From Albugo candida (Eukaryota), in assembly GCA_040437565.1 (NCBI GenBank), contig JBDOQK010000039.1:248001-312000 (forward strand): a stretch of 64,000 nt of DNA, written 5' to 3'. The notes under the pieces were generated by a model. The model saw only the letters and a list, made by a program, of their open reading frames with translations, was not told where the DNA came from and ran no database searches. Below are positions 1-13,104 of this stretch, in pieces (positions within the stretch are counted from its first letter, which is position 1; each line of letters begins with the position of its first letter). The translations under genes were made by a program, and so were the position numbers.

Positions 1-953
1 GTGACAACCGCTGATGACTGATCGAAGATCGCCCAGCTTATTTTTGAGCAACACGACACCGATCAGTGCTCTGACTGCTTTCTCTCAACTCCGTATGTTC
101 GATTCAATATTGCACCACGTTCGTAGCGTACACGTACACTGCTCTCCATACATCGAAGCTTCGTTGTTTGATTTACAAAACCTTGAGAGTCGTCCGGATA
201 GGTTTGCTATGTGTATTGTAATGCTGCTGTCAGTACCCCCTCTTATCGTTTCAATCCCATCCATTTTGCAACCTTGTCTAGTTATGCGTGTACAGATCCT
301 CAAGAAATCAAATGGCTCTATACAAGATGAGACAGCCCGATCAAAAACTACTGCCGAATAGTAAATTATGACTCATCACATAAATCACAGTAGACCAGTG
401 GCGTGATCCAATAAGAATTTGATATTTCCAAAGCCCCTTTTCTATGTAACGCAAAAGTGTGATTTCTGTGATATATTTTCGATCACAGGTCTTATAGGTG
501 GATTTTCGTCACAAATCATCAATTTGACCGTTTTATGTCAGCCTGAATCAGTTTAATCTGTGATCGGGTGATGCTGAAACAGGTGCTACACACACGTACT
601 TTCTGAATCATTGAGCAATAAGATTATGCAAAACGATGCCTTTTCTAGTAAAAGCTTGAGCTGGACGCCTCTATTCGCTCCAGACGCACAAATAGGTCAA
701 CCTCGTGTCAGCACAAGATGTGGATAGTCCCCATATTTGAGTGTTTATGTACAATTGAGCACAGCGGCGATCACGAGTATCAGCAACGTCAACAAAGCAT
801 GACAACAGCAAGGTATAATAGCTATCTCGACAGAAGTATGGAACTCATCTGACCATCCACGTTATTGCTTTTATATATAGTAGTGGGTTGATCAATGAAA
901 GAGAAGCAGCCAGTCATCTCATTATCGAACTGACCACCTATTGGAGATTGAGG

Positions 954-1310
954 ATGTCAGAAAAACAGTTTGATTCAAGCGGATCCGAAGCAAATGAAGA
1001 CCCAAACGCATCTGTATCCGAATATCTGGATCAACTAGATGACTCGGAAGTCAGCGAAGAAATGTCGCAACTCTTACAGTGGATTGCGCGAGAGGAAGCC
1101 AGGCGTCTAAGACATTGTGACTCGCAACGTCGCTACCGCAACCGAAAACGCGTCGAGAGAATTTCGGCCTTGAAGAACAAAGTCACACTACTGCATGGTA
1201 TACAAAATCTACTACAAGAAACCATGTCACTCCAGAAAGATAACTTGTACTATCAAGGACGAATCGAAGAAATAAGAAAACTTCTACTAGAAGCAAAGCC
1301 GACAGAGTAA
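954..1310 (+). CDS. Small bZIP-like transcription factor (atypical basic region)
   Basis: ATG at 954; basic region RRLRHCDSQRRYRNRKR followed by a leucine-rich heptad region (ISALKNKVTLLHGIQNLLQETMSLQKDN). Confidence 0.65.
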   Translation: MSEKQFDSSGSEANEDPNASVSEYLDQLDDSEVSEEMSQLLQWIAREEARRLRHCDSQRRYRNRKRVERISALKNKVTLLHGIQNLLQETMSLQKDNLYYQGRIEEIRKLLLEAKPTE

Positions 1311-4300
1311 TTCCGTTTCTCCTTTACTAAACAACTAATAGAAAATTGATGCAATTGAATTCTTTGTTAGATGTTTGTCGGTTTGGTACTGTTACTCGCC
1401 GTTTCAGAAAGATAATCTCGCTGAGCATTAGACTGCTATGTCGGATACGTCTTTTAAAATACAAAATTTCAAATTTCCTTATTTATCAATTCAGGCCGAA
1501 TTCGCTGAAACCTTCTGGCAATGGATATTCAATATTGCATTTGAGAGACACGTAACCGAGAATAAAGAGTATTAGCTAGAGAAAACGCATCGAATCTCGT
1601 ACCTGTTGTATATAATACTTAGTGGAGAAGTCTCTTGTGATATAGCTATGCGCATACAATGGCAAAGTCCTGTTCAAAAAGCCGATCTCAAACAACAATG
1701 AAAAAGGAAGATGGACGTAGCAACAAATATTTCCGAATCCGGTAATTTCGTAAGGCGTATGATGATATTCTTGTCGAGATAATTTGCTCATAAAGTAGTT
1801 TCGCTTGACGACATTTCATCATCTACGATTCAAACGGTCCGATGTTCACTATAAGACTTGAAGACTTGGTTGGTATTTTCTTTACAGTTTTGCAGCACAC
1901 AATGACAACAAGTTGCATAGATGCAAGCCCCGTGAATCCTCGTTTTTAATACCAAATACAATCACTGGTCCTGTGTAAGTAGCAAAAGCTCATAAACATC
2001 TTTGATCATAATCATGTGACCATGATACTAAATCACTTTGTGCAGAAAATGAAGGATCGAGTGTGCCTAAAGCGCCAATCTCGGTCATTAAGAGACGGTA
2101 TACAGCAAGATACAGTAAGACAGGATGAATTTGGTTGCACTGAAGCAATAAGAATAGCTTTTGGGTTCCAGATTAATACATATTAAGTCAAATATTTAGC
2201 AACTGACGGGTAGTGATTGTGTTTTAAACTTCTAGGATGCCCTACATCAACCATAATAGAGTGGGACAAGCCCGACATTGTAGATGGAAGGAGAAAATTC
2301 TATTATTTGATTTCTTTGAATGACACTTGAACTGTGACATATTATCGCGCTATTGTGAGAGCTATTCTTACATACGATCCTCATTTAGTCGCAAGGTACG
2401 TGTTATGGCTAGGAATTGTTACGCTACTGTATTCGGGGTTTAAATTATCATTCGCAAGCTGCATCCATGCTGATCTTCAAAATAAAAAATTCGACGCCCA
2501 TGTACTGAAAATAATATCGTTCCTTTTTAATTCTCGCTCCTTATAATTTTATTGAAACTGGTTCAAATACACAATTTCAATATTGGAAGTGGTGGCGCTA
2601 TCTTTACATTTGAGCATATTTTTCCTTTCTATTGAGGCATAAATACGAACCAAGGCTATCATCTGCTATTAATGGACCAAAATATCGCTTGGTTGGTATG
2701 TACTCGTCGAGATGAAGCGCCAGATTTGTATGTCAAATTTGCATCCCGGCATTTATTGTAACGTCAGATTCATTATAGTCGTATGGCTATCTCGAAATAC
2801 GCACGACGATATCAAATGAAACTAGACCGAGTGGAGTCAAGGAAACTGGGACATTGAATGATATACGGAGAAAAAGATCGCAACAGTCGTGAAAGCGGAA
2901 TCGAGCAATTGCAAAATGGTGACTTTGGAAAATTGGCTTTCATTTCACTAGACCACTCGATTTTGTCGTCCATACCTTTCCTACCGGTTCGAAAAGAGAA
3001 AGAACATGAAGATTGTTTGAACGGCTATCCAAATCAACTCCAAAAAATACCTCTCGGCACTTGTTTGAAGTCTTACAAATAAAAATGTCAGTGTAGATGT
3101 GGAAGCTCATGTACTCTGTAAGCTATAGTGATGACTTGTCTTTCTGAAGCAACCTGACACGTAGGCTTGCTTAAAAAGAAGTGTTCTTAGTCAAGAATTT
3201 ATGTTTAAAGCTGGTGACTCTGTCGGCTTTGCACAACGCTGCTTAGACTCCCGCAAGGGATGATTTCGTTTTTATAACTTTTGCTGGAGGGTTGAGACGT
3301 TGTTTGATGCATCAGCTACGATAGTGAATCAACAAGGCCACTTGAGGCCTATTAAACATTCCGAAGCCTAGATTATGGAGTGTGGAATAGCGTATATTTG
3401 AAGTCTTTTCATCATTCCACCATCTTAGCTGCAGTTTCTGATTTGAGTTCGCGGCTGCGTTACATTGTGACGGCGTTATTTCAGAAATCTACTTTGGAAT
3501 TACTATGCTCGGTACTGATCGATGCATTGAGGAATCATCAATCTATCACATAGCATACATGTTTGTGCTTCTACTGATTGCAATAATACTGTTGCACACT
3601 CATAATGACCAAGTACGATGGTTAGCCAGCGCTGACGAGCTGGCTAAGCTCCGAGAAACAATTGATAAAATCTGTTTTTTCACGTCACACCATATTAAAT
3701 CGGCTTCTCACGCTACATGTCCAACGTGCTTTATTCTCATTTACGGCCACCTAGTGGTAGTGAGCTTACACAAATGGAATTATTTATCAGAATCGGATGA
3801 TCGGATGATTTTACACATAGTATTTTCCATTTTTTTCCCCAAGTACGAAAATCTTTTTTGTTTTCAGCGTGTACCTGAGGTCTCTCCGTGGAAAATTACA
3901 GCGATTAACGCGATCACCAAGGATTTCATGAGAAAACAGTTAGTACTTTCTGATTTCTTTGATGTTCTTTGTATCCATCTCTCTCTTCTATTCTCTTAGG
4001 TAAGAAATGTTTTTATCATTCTTTTTCGAAGAACTGGTGAATTCTGCATTGCTGGTTGACAGCCCAATTTCAAAATAACTTGCTTCAACTTTTGCGCTTT
4101 TGATGAATGGATCCGTCTTTAAGTCAAAAGGATATCATTCGATCTCTCAGCATACTCGAACATTTGCATCAGCTAGATACAGTTCACCAGATATGAAGCG
4201 CGAGATGCTCCAAGCAGTCTAATTTCATTGCTAATACTTGAACCAGATAGCATCTTTGTCAAGTTACAGAAGCATTTGAACATCGAGTTGAACTCGTGTT

Positions 4301-6254
4301 GATCTCAAACTTGTACAGCCTTAAGTGAAGTCCTTGGACGCGAAATTTATGCCTGTACTCAAAGGATAGGCACAGCTAAGCTACTAAGAGACAGAGTTCA
4401 TGGCTAGTGGGAGTAAGGCTGACTACCACTCCTGTCCATATGTCATTATTTCCGGGCATAAATTCCTGTACAACGTGGCAAACCTCACAAACATAGGAGA
4501 TTTTATTCTGGATAAAGAGCTATGATAGCCCAGTACCATTTTTAAAAATAGTCTTCCTTTGCCACAGTCAGCTTGTCGTCGGATTCAATTTTGTGATAGC
4601 TTGGCCCGTAGCAAAGAGTAAGTAAAATTATCGCGATTGAACTCAAAGGGCCATTCTTTCATAGAGCAAGGCTGATCGTCTCCCTTCATACGTAAACGCA
4701 GGTCCAAATACTCAGCTCGAGCTCTATAAGCATACTTCTAAATGGTTGGTTACACACTTTCGGCTATTTCTTCCACCAGTGTATGTCAAGCAGCATGCTT
4801 GACCCGCAAGAAGACGATCTATATCCCGCCCCCATTCATCACCTTTGAACAAGCCAACGTGATTATCTATTAATCGTCACGCACCTTTTAGGCACCTTTT
4901 TCAGCCTTGGGTCTAATACCAAACGCAACGGATAATTGCTTATAACCTTAAAGAGAAACCCATATTCAGTGCGAAGATCAACGTACAATTTCAGTAAATG
5001 CCGCCGTCGTTGCGGTCGAGCTTAAAGTTTCCACCTTCATGGCAATACTGAAGCATGCCACATATGCGAGGAAACTGAACTAACTGTTCGATCATTCGCT
5101 GCATATGCAGGAGTATCTTCTAAGTAACTTCCTTGTGCTTACCGAGCATTGATTTATTTACGATTCACGGATTGATTGTGACCTTCTTATATCGTTTTTG
5201 TGCCCGTATCGTCTGCACCGCAAACCTCGACAATCATCACTATATCCGTACACACATATGAAAGTTATTTTTTCGTTGTCCAATGCATTGAACCAATTTG
5301 GAGCATTTCTTGATTTCCTCCACGATAGCTCGTATTTTCGCTCCTGCTTTCTCCCTTGAAAGTTACGGGGTACGAAAAGCGAAAGTAGTCGCACCGCTAT
5401 GCTTCATCTTATGCTATGCATTCATGTTTACTTCGTGACATGCAAGAGCAGCAGCAGCAATCAAGTCTTTCGAATGTTTACAGTCAAATGGAACAACAGG
5501 CAGGATTTTTCATATTCGATACCTGGTGGATATCACTGAATATGATTTCTGTTGATAGCACGCTAACCAAAGCCAATTTTTGGCAGAAATTGCTACCTTG
5601 ACGAGCGCAACTAATAGATCGTGAGAGTATGAAGGCGAGCAAGCGCTTAATACAGGTCAGACTAAAAAATTCGCAATGCTCAGGCTTCGTACCTAGGTTA
5701 ACAGAGGCATCTCTTTTCAGCAAGCACAAATCGGATGCGCAAAATGAAGAAGGCAAAAGGTGCGCATGATTTATGGACTTGAATGGTGATACCGCCCGTA
5801 ATTTCCAATGAGCCGACTATGATGAGACATACTAGGCCTTTGAAAACACTAATATGAAAACGAATAGCAGCAGGTGGATGACTCAATATCTACAAAATTG
5901 TCGTGTAGCATTGCGTACTATCAAAGAAGTTATTGACATCGAGATAGCCAAATGCAACTATTTGGCCGTGACGCAGCTGCCTCAGCTTTCCCGAGAAAGG
6001 TCAGGAATCTACTAGTACGGATGTACATGATTTTGAAAGCTTTTTGGTCGAGTACCCTATTTCTATGATCGAGTAGTTGTTATATTATCTCGGTAGTAAG
6101 TCATGAGAATGTATCACCATCATACATCAAGTTTATGTGCTGATTGTTATTGACATGACACGGACACAATCTCAACTTGTTCATGGATTATGCATTCTAA
6201 TAAATGTGCGATGGGCAGAATGGATTACTCCAATTGCGGTAGTGGTGTTTCAAA

Positions 6255-7230
6255 TCAAATCAAAAAAATCTGATTACTTTTCACAAAGTTGTCGATCGAT
6301 CGATATCTGATAACATGACGATCTTTTTCTCGGACTTGTACGAATTCAGCTCCACGATCATCACACCTGACTTGGCCAACTTCACCCTGACTCTGGCAAA
6401 ATACGAACTCGTCTAAATTGGGCTCTGAAGCTACATCAGGCAAGCACAACGGTGTAAAATCTGTCATTTCTTCCTAATCACGCGCTTACCCATTCCTTCT
6501 GAGTCCAAGGATTGATGCTCATCCGGAATTTTAGATAAAGCGGCGTTATTGAGATGAGTTGCTACCAGGGCAGCGTGTCTGTCAGATTCATATACAGCAT
6601 ATAAGGTCAGCTGGAAGATGGCTGAGATGACTTGGTATCACTGTTGGGCATAGATGCGTTCTTTCTCCGACAGTCGATCAAGGTAGGCTGGTGTTTTGAT
6701 GATGTATTGTGAGTATTTCTCTATCTAAGCGTATAGAATTGCGTCGTTAAGCCTATCTCTTTAAACATTGCATTTGCATACTTTCTTCAAACGAGTGCGT
6801 AGATAAGATGCTAACATGTAACGTAATCGATCAATCTCCATCTAAACTTATATTACAGTTTTTTCAGCCAGTGCCTGATTGTATTAGACAAACCTGATAC
6901 AGTTTGTTGGTGAAGCTTCGTTCTTCTGTGAGACATTCACGATTGTCACTGATGGAATCGATGTACTCTTGCTGAAAAAGTAGTTAATCATCTTCAAGGT
7001 CGCTGACAAACACAAGATGACAACATTACTTGGTTTTTAATCTGTTCGAGCAGTGCGGCCACGAGATCATTGTTATATTCCAGCATGTCGGGAGCATTCT
7101 TGGATAGGATTGAGATGCTGGATGAGTCAGTTCACATGTGATTGAGATGACCTACCAGTTCGTTGCGCCATAGTGTGATCATTTTTTCAACGTCTTCATT
7201 GACATCGTTTGTAGCTTCTTGGTCACCCAT
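6255..7230 (-). CDS. SLD5: DNA replication GINS complex subunit Sld5 (GINS4), multi-exon
   Basis: Spliced by eye through GT-AG introns: MGDQEATNDVNEDVEKMITLWRNEL|NAPDMLEY...MEIDRLRYMLASYLRTRLKK|IEKY...PNLDEFVFC...RHVIRYRSIDNFVKSNQIFLI*. Matches the Sld5 WxNExxAP, YLRxRLxKIE and C-terminal B-domain motifs. Confidence 0.9.
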
Positions 7231-7367
7231 CAGCTTTGAAACCGGTAGGGATGCAGTATGTGGTGCGGTATATGTTCAAGTTGATGGAAGTGACACTACC
7301 ATGCTCTCAATCAGCAAAGTCTCTCACTTTCCACGCCAACGGAGCAAAATCAATATACTTGTAGTGA

Positions 7368-7892
7368 ATGGGCGCCTATTGCTGTTTGAGTTTTAGACTA
7401 AAGCGTGACTATCAACCAAAGAAGACATCATTAAAGCAAAATTTCATTGAAAGCGTAAGTCAAGAAAGTGGAGAACATCCCGACACTAAGAAACTTATCA
7501 GCGATGAGATCATTCAAAGAAGTATCAAAACCACAGAGATTGGTACGTGCGTACAACCAAACTGGTAGCGCAATATAATTGATGTTAATCACAATACCGT
7601 AGATCGCCTTGAAGTCTCACAATACCGCTGTACATGTGAGGACTGCCCTCGAATGAAAATAATCATGGCAGTCACGTCATGTTCAATCCTATTCGATATG
7701 GAAAAGTGTACCAGCGATACCACACGACAGCGACTGCAAAGAGTATTGCTTGCATACTTGACATACGACGAAACTCGTGACACTTTGGACCCGAAAGTGG
7801 TACAACTGGCTCATGAACTCGTCATTGAGCGAAAACTGAAAGATGATGACGCTTTCCGAGTTCTTGTTGTATCGTGGAAAGACATGCAATAA
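7368..7892 (+). CDS. Small hypothetical protein, 2 exons (intron 7543-7602); N-terminal MGAYCC and a short TBC/RabGAP-like segment
   Basis: A 60-nt GTACGT...TAG intron joins ORFs 7368 and 7653 in frame; RLQRVLLAYLTYD...DDDAFRVL resembles part of a TBC domain. Confidence 0.55.
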
Positions 7893-8379
7893 GAGTAAAT
7901 ACTTGAATATTCCATTAGAATTGTGAGATTGTGGATCTGGAGGCCATCAAATATGATAACTGGACGATTACGCGGTCTGCACATCTATAATTGCTACAAT
8001 CTCACAATAGACGGAAACAATTGAGACGATAATTCTGAATCATCTGCTACTAAAAAAATTGTGTGAGGAATGTTCTTGCGTCCATCTATNNNNNNNNNNN
8101 NNNNNNNNNNNNNNNNNNNNNNNNNNNNNNNNNNNNNNNNNNNNNNNNNNNNNNNNNNNNNNNNNNNNNNNNNNNNNNNNNNNNNNNNNGTGAGGAATGT
8201 TCTTGCGTCCATCTATCCTAATCGACAGCGATTGGACATAAAAAGTTGCTCACTTCACCATTTATATCGACTTATGCAAGTTGCCGCGAGCGAGTTGAAC
8301 ACAACTTTTCGGATCCTAAGGCCGCTTTATTGTGCAAAAAGCAATAATATCATATCCAAGTCGTTCTTTTTCGTAAGAT

Positions 8380-11300
8380 ATGGAAGCCCTGCGTCGTCTA
8401 AAAGGCTCTGTTTTTGATCGAAAATCGAGCGCTGCAACTTCAACTTTGACAACCGATGACAAGTCGTGGAATAGCGATCCGCACGCAACATCGGGCACCA
8501 GTGAGGTATCAACGCCACGATCGATTGGATCAAAGCTCAATTTGACATTTTTTACAGACCGTTTAATTGTTATGGGCACTCCAGTCACAAGTGCCACTGA
8601 TAAGAGTCGCAATGAGAACAATGTCGATGAGTTAGTGAGTTATCTGAAAGAGTATCACAATGATCACTATCTGATAATAAGCCTTAATTGCTTACATTCG
8701 GATGCAACAATGACATTGATACGGCGTAAGTTGAAGGATCAAATGCTAGATTTGAATTGGGATTGTGGCGCTATTGTGTTACACACACCACCGATCGAAA
8801 TGATGTTTTCGATATGTTATTCGTTGGATGCATGGCTGTCTATGAATGAAAAGAACGTTGCTTTGTTATACTGTCAATCCGGAAAAACTCGAAGCGGTGT
8901 CGTCATTGCGTGTTATTTTCTCTACACTCGCGTTTTTGTGGACCCAATGGAAGCATTTGTCTCTTTTTATCGGAAAAGATGGAGCATGACGACGCTGAGC
9001 ACCAACGGATTGATTGCAAAAACACCTACGTCGATACTACGTTATTTGACACATTTTCACGCATTGGCGGAATCAAGAGTGCTTCCAAATGACAAACCTC
9101 TCCTCCTGAAAGCGATGATGTTTTGTGGGTTACCAGTGGAAGCTCAGCCGTGTATGCAATTGTATGGAGACAGCGATCTTATCTACTCTTCTGATTCAGA
9201 TCATGATCAAGACAATTCACGACCCGTTATTGAGTGGAATAAAGAAGATGAGTCATTGCTGATTATATGGGAACATGGGATCGAGCTCGATGGCGGATTC
9301 TCTATCGTGGGCTCTTTTTTAGACTCAGATGAGAGAAATCGGGAATCAGACGAAGTCTCCTATAAAGTCGCGTTTCGATACAATGATTCGACTTGGTTTC
9401 TTACTCCTGGAATTATCAAGTTGAAAAAGTCGCAAGTGGATGTCATGAAACACTGCGAAGAGTTTTTGGACGAAAAACGGTTCTGTATCGAACTGATTCT
9501 GCATGGTTCAGTAACTTCAAAAGCAAATACAGCATGTATCAACTATACAGGAAAAGCTGCAATGGAAAAAGGATTACTTGAGATAAGCAAGCATCATTTG
9601 CTATCCCCGGATCCAATTATGCATTCTAGCTTTGTCAAGATGGGTTTCGCAGAAACATCCGCAACCTTAGCTTTACAGTTATCGCAGAATTCACCAAACT
9701 TTGCTCTAGATCTTTTGAATTCCGAGCGATTTCTCGCATCCTATCCACACAATACGGACCATCGAAGGCAAACAAAATGCCAGAATCAGAAAGTTCCGCG
9801 TGGTAAAGAAGTCGCTTATGCTTTATCCACATTAACAACAGCAACTACTGTAGCACTGCAGTCGCAAAGATGCCGATACTCTTCAGTGATGGAGACAAGC
9901 ACAGCGATATGCTGTGTGTGTCAAGAAGATGATTACATGATGCGTACACAGATTGTCAAGTGCACAAGTAGATGTGGTCGGCACTACCACACGTCTTGTG
10001 CAGGACTCAGGAAAATTCCTTTCGGACTGACCACACTCAGTGATTGCACAAATCATGCCGCGTATGTTAGAAAATACTTTAGCACTTGGGGATGTGAAAA
10101 ATGTATCACAGAAACAGGAAGCTCGGATATCATGTTAGCTCAAGATCCAGTCGGAGGATCTGACCGTCTGGTTCAAGAATTTATGCAAAATGGTGATTCT
10201 GTTCTCAAATCAAGAACGACTGGCTCTGACAACGAAAAGGAGAAGTGTAATGCATCCGATAGTGTTCAGAAACTTCGAGAATTACTTTGTGCGAGTGGCG
10301 TCTCCGTTGAAGACTTACTACGAGCAGCAACGAACGCGAACAATTCGATGCATTTGCAAAGGGCACAGCACCGCACACTCGATAGAGATCATTCAGTGGA
10401 AAACAATGGCGATTGCCAACTGTTCTCAAACGGTGGAACTATAAGTTTATCAGGCGGATCATACAACGAGATTCTACAAGATCGCAAGACTAAAGAAACG
10501 GAACTGAACGGTAAGCTGAGGAATGCGATGAATCGTTCGATTGGGCTAACACACTATTGTTTAGACGCAAGAAATACATCTAGTGCTTCTATAGATGCTT
10601 CCATCAACCCTTCTAACGCCACAATTCTGAAGACGGAGAAGCCAAAGACTAAATATCAATTGATGCTCAAGCATGGTGTTCCGTTTCAAGCAGTACAAAA
10701 TTGTATGTGTAAAGATGGGGAGGATCCGAATGAATTGACAAATTTACAAGCGTATGACGACGAACCCTTTCGAGAACAACCGAAGAAAGGGAAACTAAAT
10801 AGTGCTTTGCTTTTAGAGGATGTTCCAAAGTACCAGAAATACTTCAAAATGGTCAAATTGGGATGCCCAAAAGAAGCGGTGAGGCAAAAAATGTGCATGG
10901 ACGGCGTTGATTCCACTATCTTGGATCGAGGACCATGTGCCATTTACGAGGAAACCAGTCCTACAAATGAAAATCTATCAACACAAATTAAAAATATCGA
11001 CGCCGTGCAAGCAGAGAAATTTTATAGTAAAAGCGGAACGATCAACAAAGAAACCACTTCAGATTCTGAGAAGAGTATAAAGCAAAACACAGCATCGAAG
11101 AATGTCAGTCAAAGTCAGACAATGGGTGCACCAGACGCAGAAATGACCAAAGCGAGTTTAGAAAGCGACATCAAGACCGATGTTAAATTACAGGATCATC
11201 CTATTTATTCTAAATATTTTAAAATGCTGAAAGTAGGCATGCCTGAAGGTGCAGTGAGATTGAAAATGGAATCCGATCAAGTCGATCATAACGCACTGGT

Positions 11301-12923
11301 AATGGGCCCGAATGCTTATTTTTATCAACTTGAAAGTTCAAAAGCGAAATCAACGGACGAAAATGAGATACTACTGAACGATCATCCAATTTTCTCAAAG
11401 TACTTCAAAATGCTGCGACTTGGATTACCCAAGGGCGCTGTCCGACAGAAGATGATATCTGATGGTGTTGATCCTGGTGCGTTGGACTTGGGAGGCGAGG
11501 CTTCCATCAGCCAGCTGAAAACGTCTGCCATATCTAATGATCAACAAATAAAAGCTCCATCAAATCGACGGAAAAAATTGCATTGGCAACCGATTTCTGA
11601 GTCTAGATTGAGTAGTATCAATCAGCAGACTATTTGGGAGGATGAAGATCACAATTCGATTGATTTTGAAATGGACATGAATGAACTTGAGGCCTTGTTT
11701 TTCACAAGCAATGACGTAGCAAGGAAAAAGGTGGAATCTACCAAACCCAAACAACTGAGACGAAGACAAACTATTACTTTGATTGATGGAAAAAAAGCGA
11801 TGAATGCAGGTATATCGCTAGCTCGTGTCAAAGTCAGCCATCGGGAGCTTGCGTGCGGAGTGCATCGGTTATATGCATGCGGTCTGACAGTAGAACAGCT
11901 CATGAGCATCAGAGAGTTTCTACCAACGTCAGATGAAGTGAATGTGGTCACCAATTTTAAAGGAGATATCTCGCTGTTTGGCGATGTAAGTAGCATCTGC
12001 TGTCTCTATGAGTACTCAATTGTTTTTACGCAGGCTGAAAAATTCATTCTGGAAATCGCCAAGATCCAGCGCTATAAAGTCAAAATGGATGCTTTGATAT
12101 ACATAATGTCATTTGAAGGTCGATCAAAGGAAGTAGAAAGATCTCTTCAACACATCAAAGACGCGTGTCGTGAAGTCAAAGACAGTCGATCTCTTAAAAT
12201 TCTACTTGGAATGGTGTTAAAGCTTGGAAACACGTTAAATGGAAGTGGTCATGACAACGAAATACGTGGTTTTACGGTGGATTCTTTGCTTCGACTCGGT
12301 CACACAAAGGCCATCAATAAGAAAACGACTGTATTACATTACTTGGTCAAACTCATCAAAAGGAACCATCCGCAAGTATTAAATTTCCAAGATGAGATGC
12401 GTTCGGTATCACTTGCATCGAGAGAGTCGGTGGATGCAATTGAGTCAGACTACGCGAAATTGACTCAAGGTCTAGAAATGCTTCGAATGGAATTACGATC
12501 GACAGAATTGGTATCGTATGAGGATCACTTATCGCTTCATCGTGTCGTCTTACTTTTGTGCTTAGGAGGTAAGCGAGCATGCAGATGATCCAGCGAGTGA
12601 AGCATCCATGGTACTGCAAGAAGCGATTCAACGGATATGGGATCAACTCCAGCAAGTGGATAATGACATCACAGCAGCAAAAAAACACATTTCCGGAGTG
12701 CTTGAATATTTTGGAGAAGATCCGGAGAAAAACGCAAGCGCATTTTTCAACACATTAACTTCATTCTGCTCGGTGAGATTGTTTTTCTCTTGTACATCTC
12801 TATCGACGTTACTGAATTCGCTTTCAGGCATTTGAAGCAGCGCGTAAAGAAGTTGATCTGGCAGATGAAGCTACGCTGCGAGTAGAACGGATGAAAGTTC
12901 GTCGCTCAGCAACAATGCGCTGA
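8380..12923 (+). CDS. Formin (FH2) with N-terminal PTEN-like phosphatase/C2, UBA-like and PHD domains and four WASHC3/CCDC53-like repeats; introns 11986-12033, 12511-12565, 12773-12827
   Basis: PTEN-like YCQSGKTRSG; PHD CCVC...C...C..HYHTSC...C..C; FH2 motifs RKKLHW, LIDGKKAMNAGISL, VLKLGNTLNG, GFTVDSLLRL, TTVLHYLV, YFGED; the splice model ends RRSATMR* at 12923. Confidence 0.9.
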
Positions 12924-13104
12924 TACGAGGACCAGAAATCGGCAAAAGGGAAAAAATTCTATCAAAACAGTGAGCCGCTATTGCGTATTCCTATTATTTA
13001 CAATCGTGTCGGAATCATTCGATCAGCAAAGATGAGCGTATGGAAGCGACAACGAGGTCATAAAACCTTTGATTATGTCAGACACGATATCATTGATGAT
13101 GATC

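Noticed and set aside
14..361. 115-aa ORF at window start
   Set aside because: No motif or splice support; cannot be distinguished from noise
3505..3999. 164-aa plus-strand ORF
   Set aside because: No recognisable domain and random-like composition; likely a chance ORF in the gene-poor island
8070..8417. ORFs spanning N-runs (here and at other gaps)
   Set aside because: Artefacts of translating through 100-N placeholders
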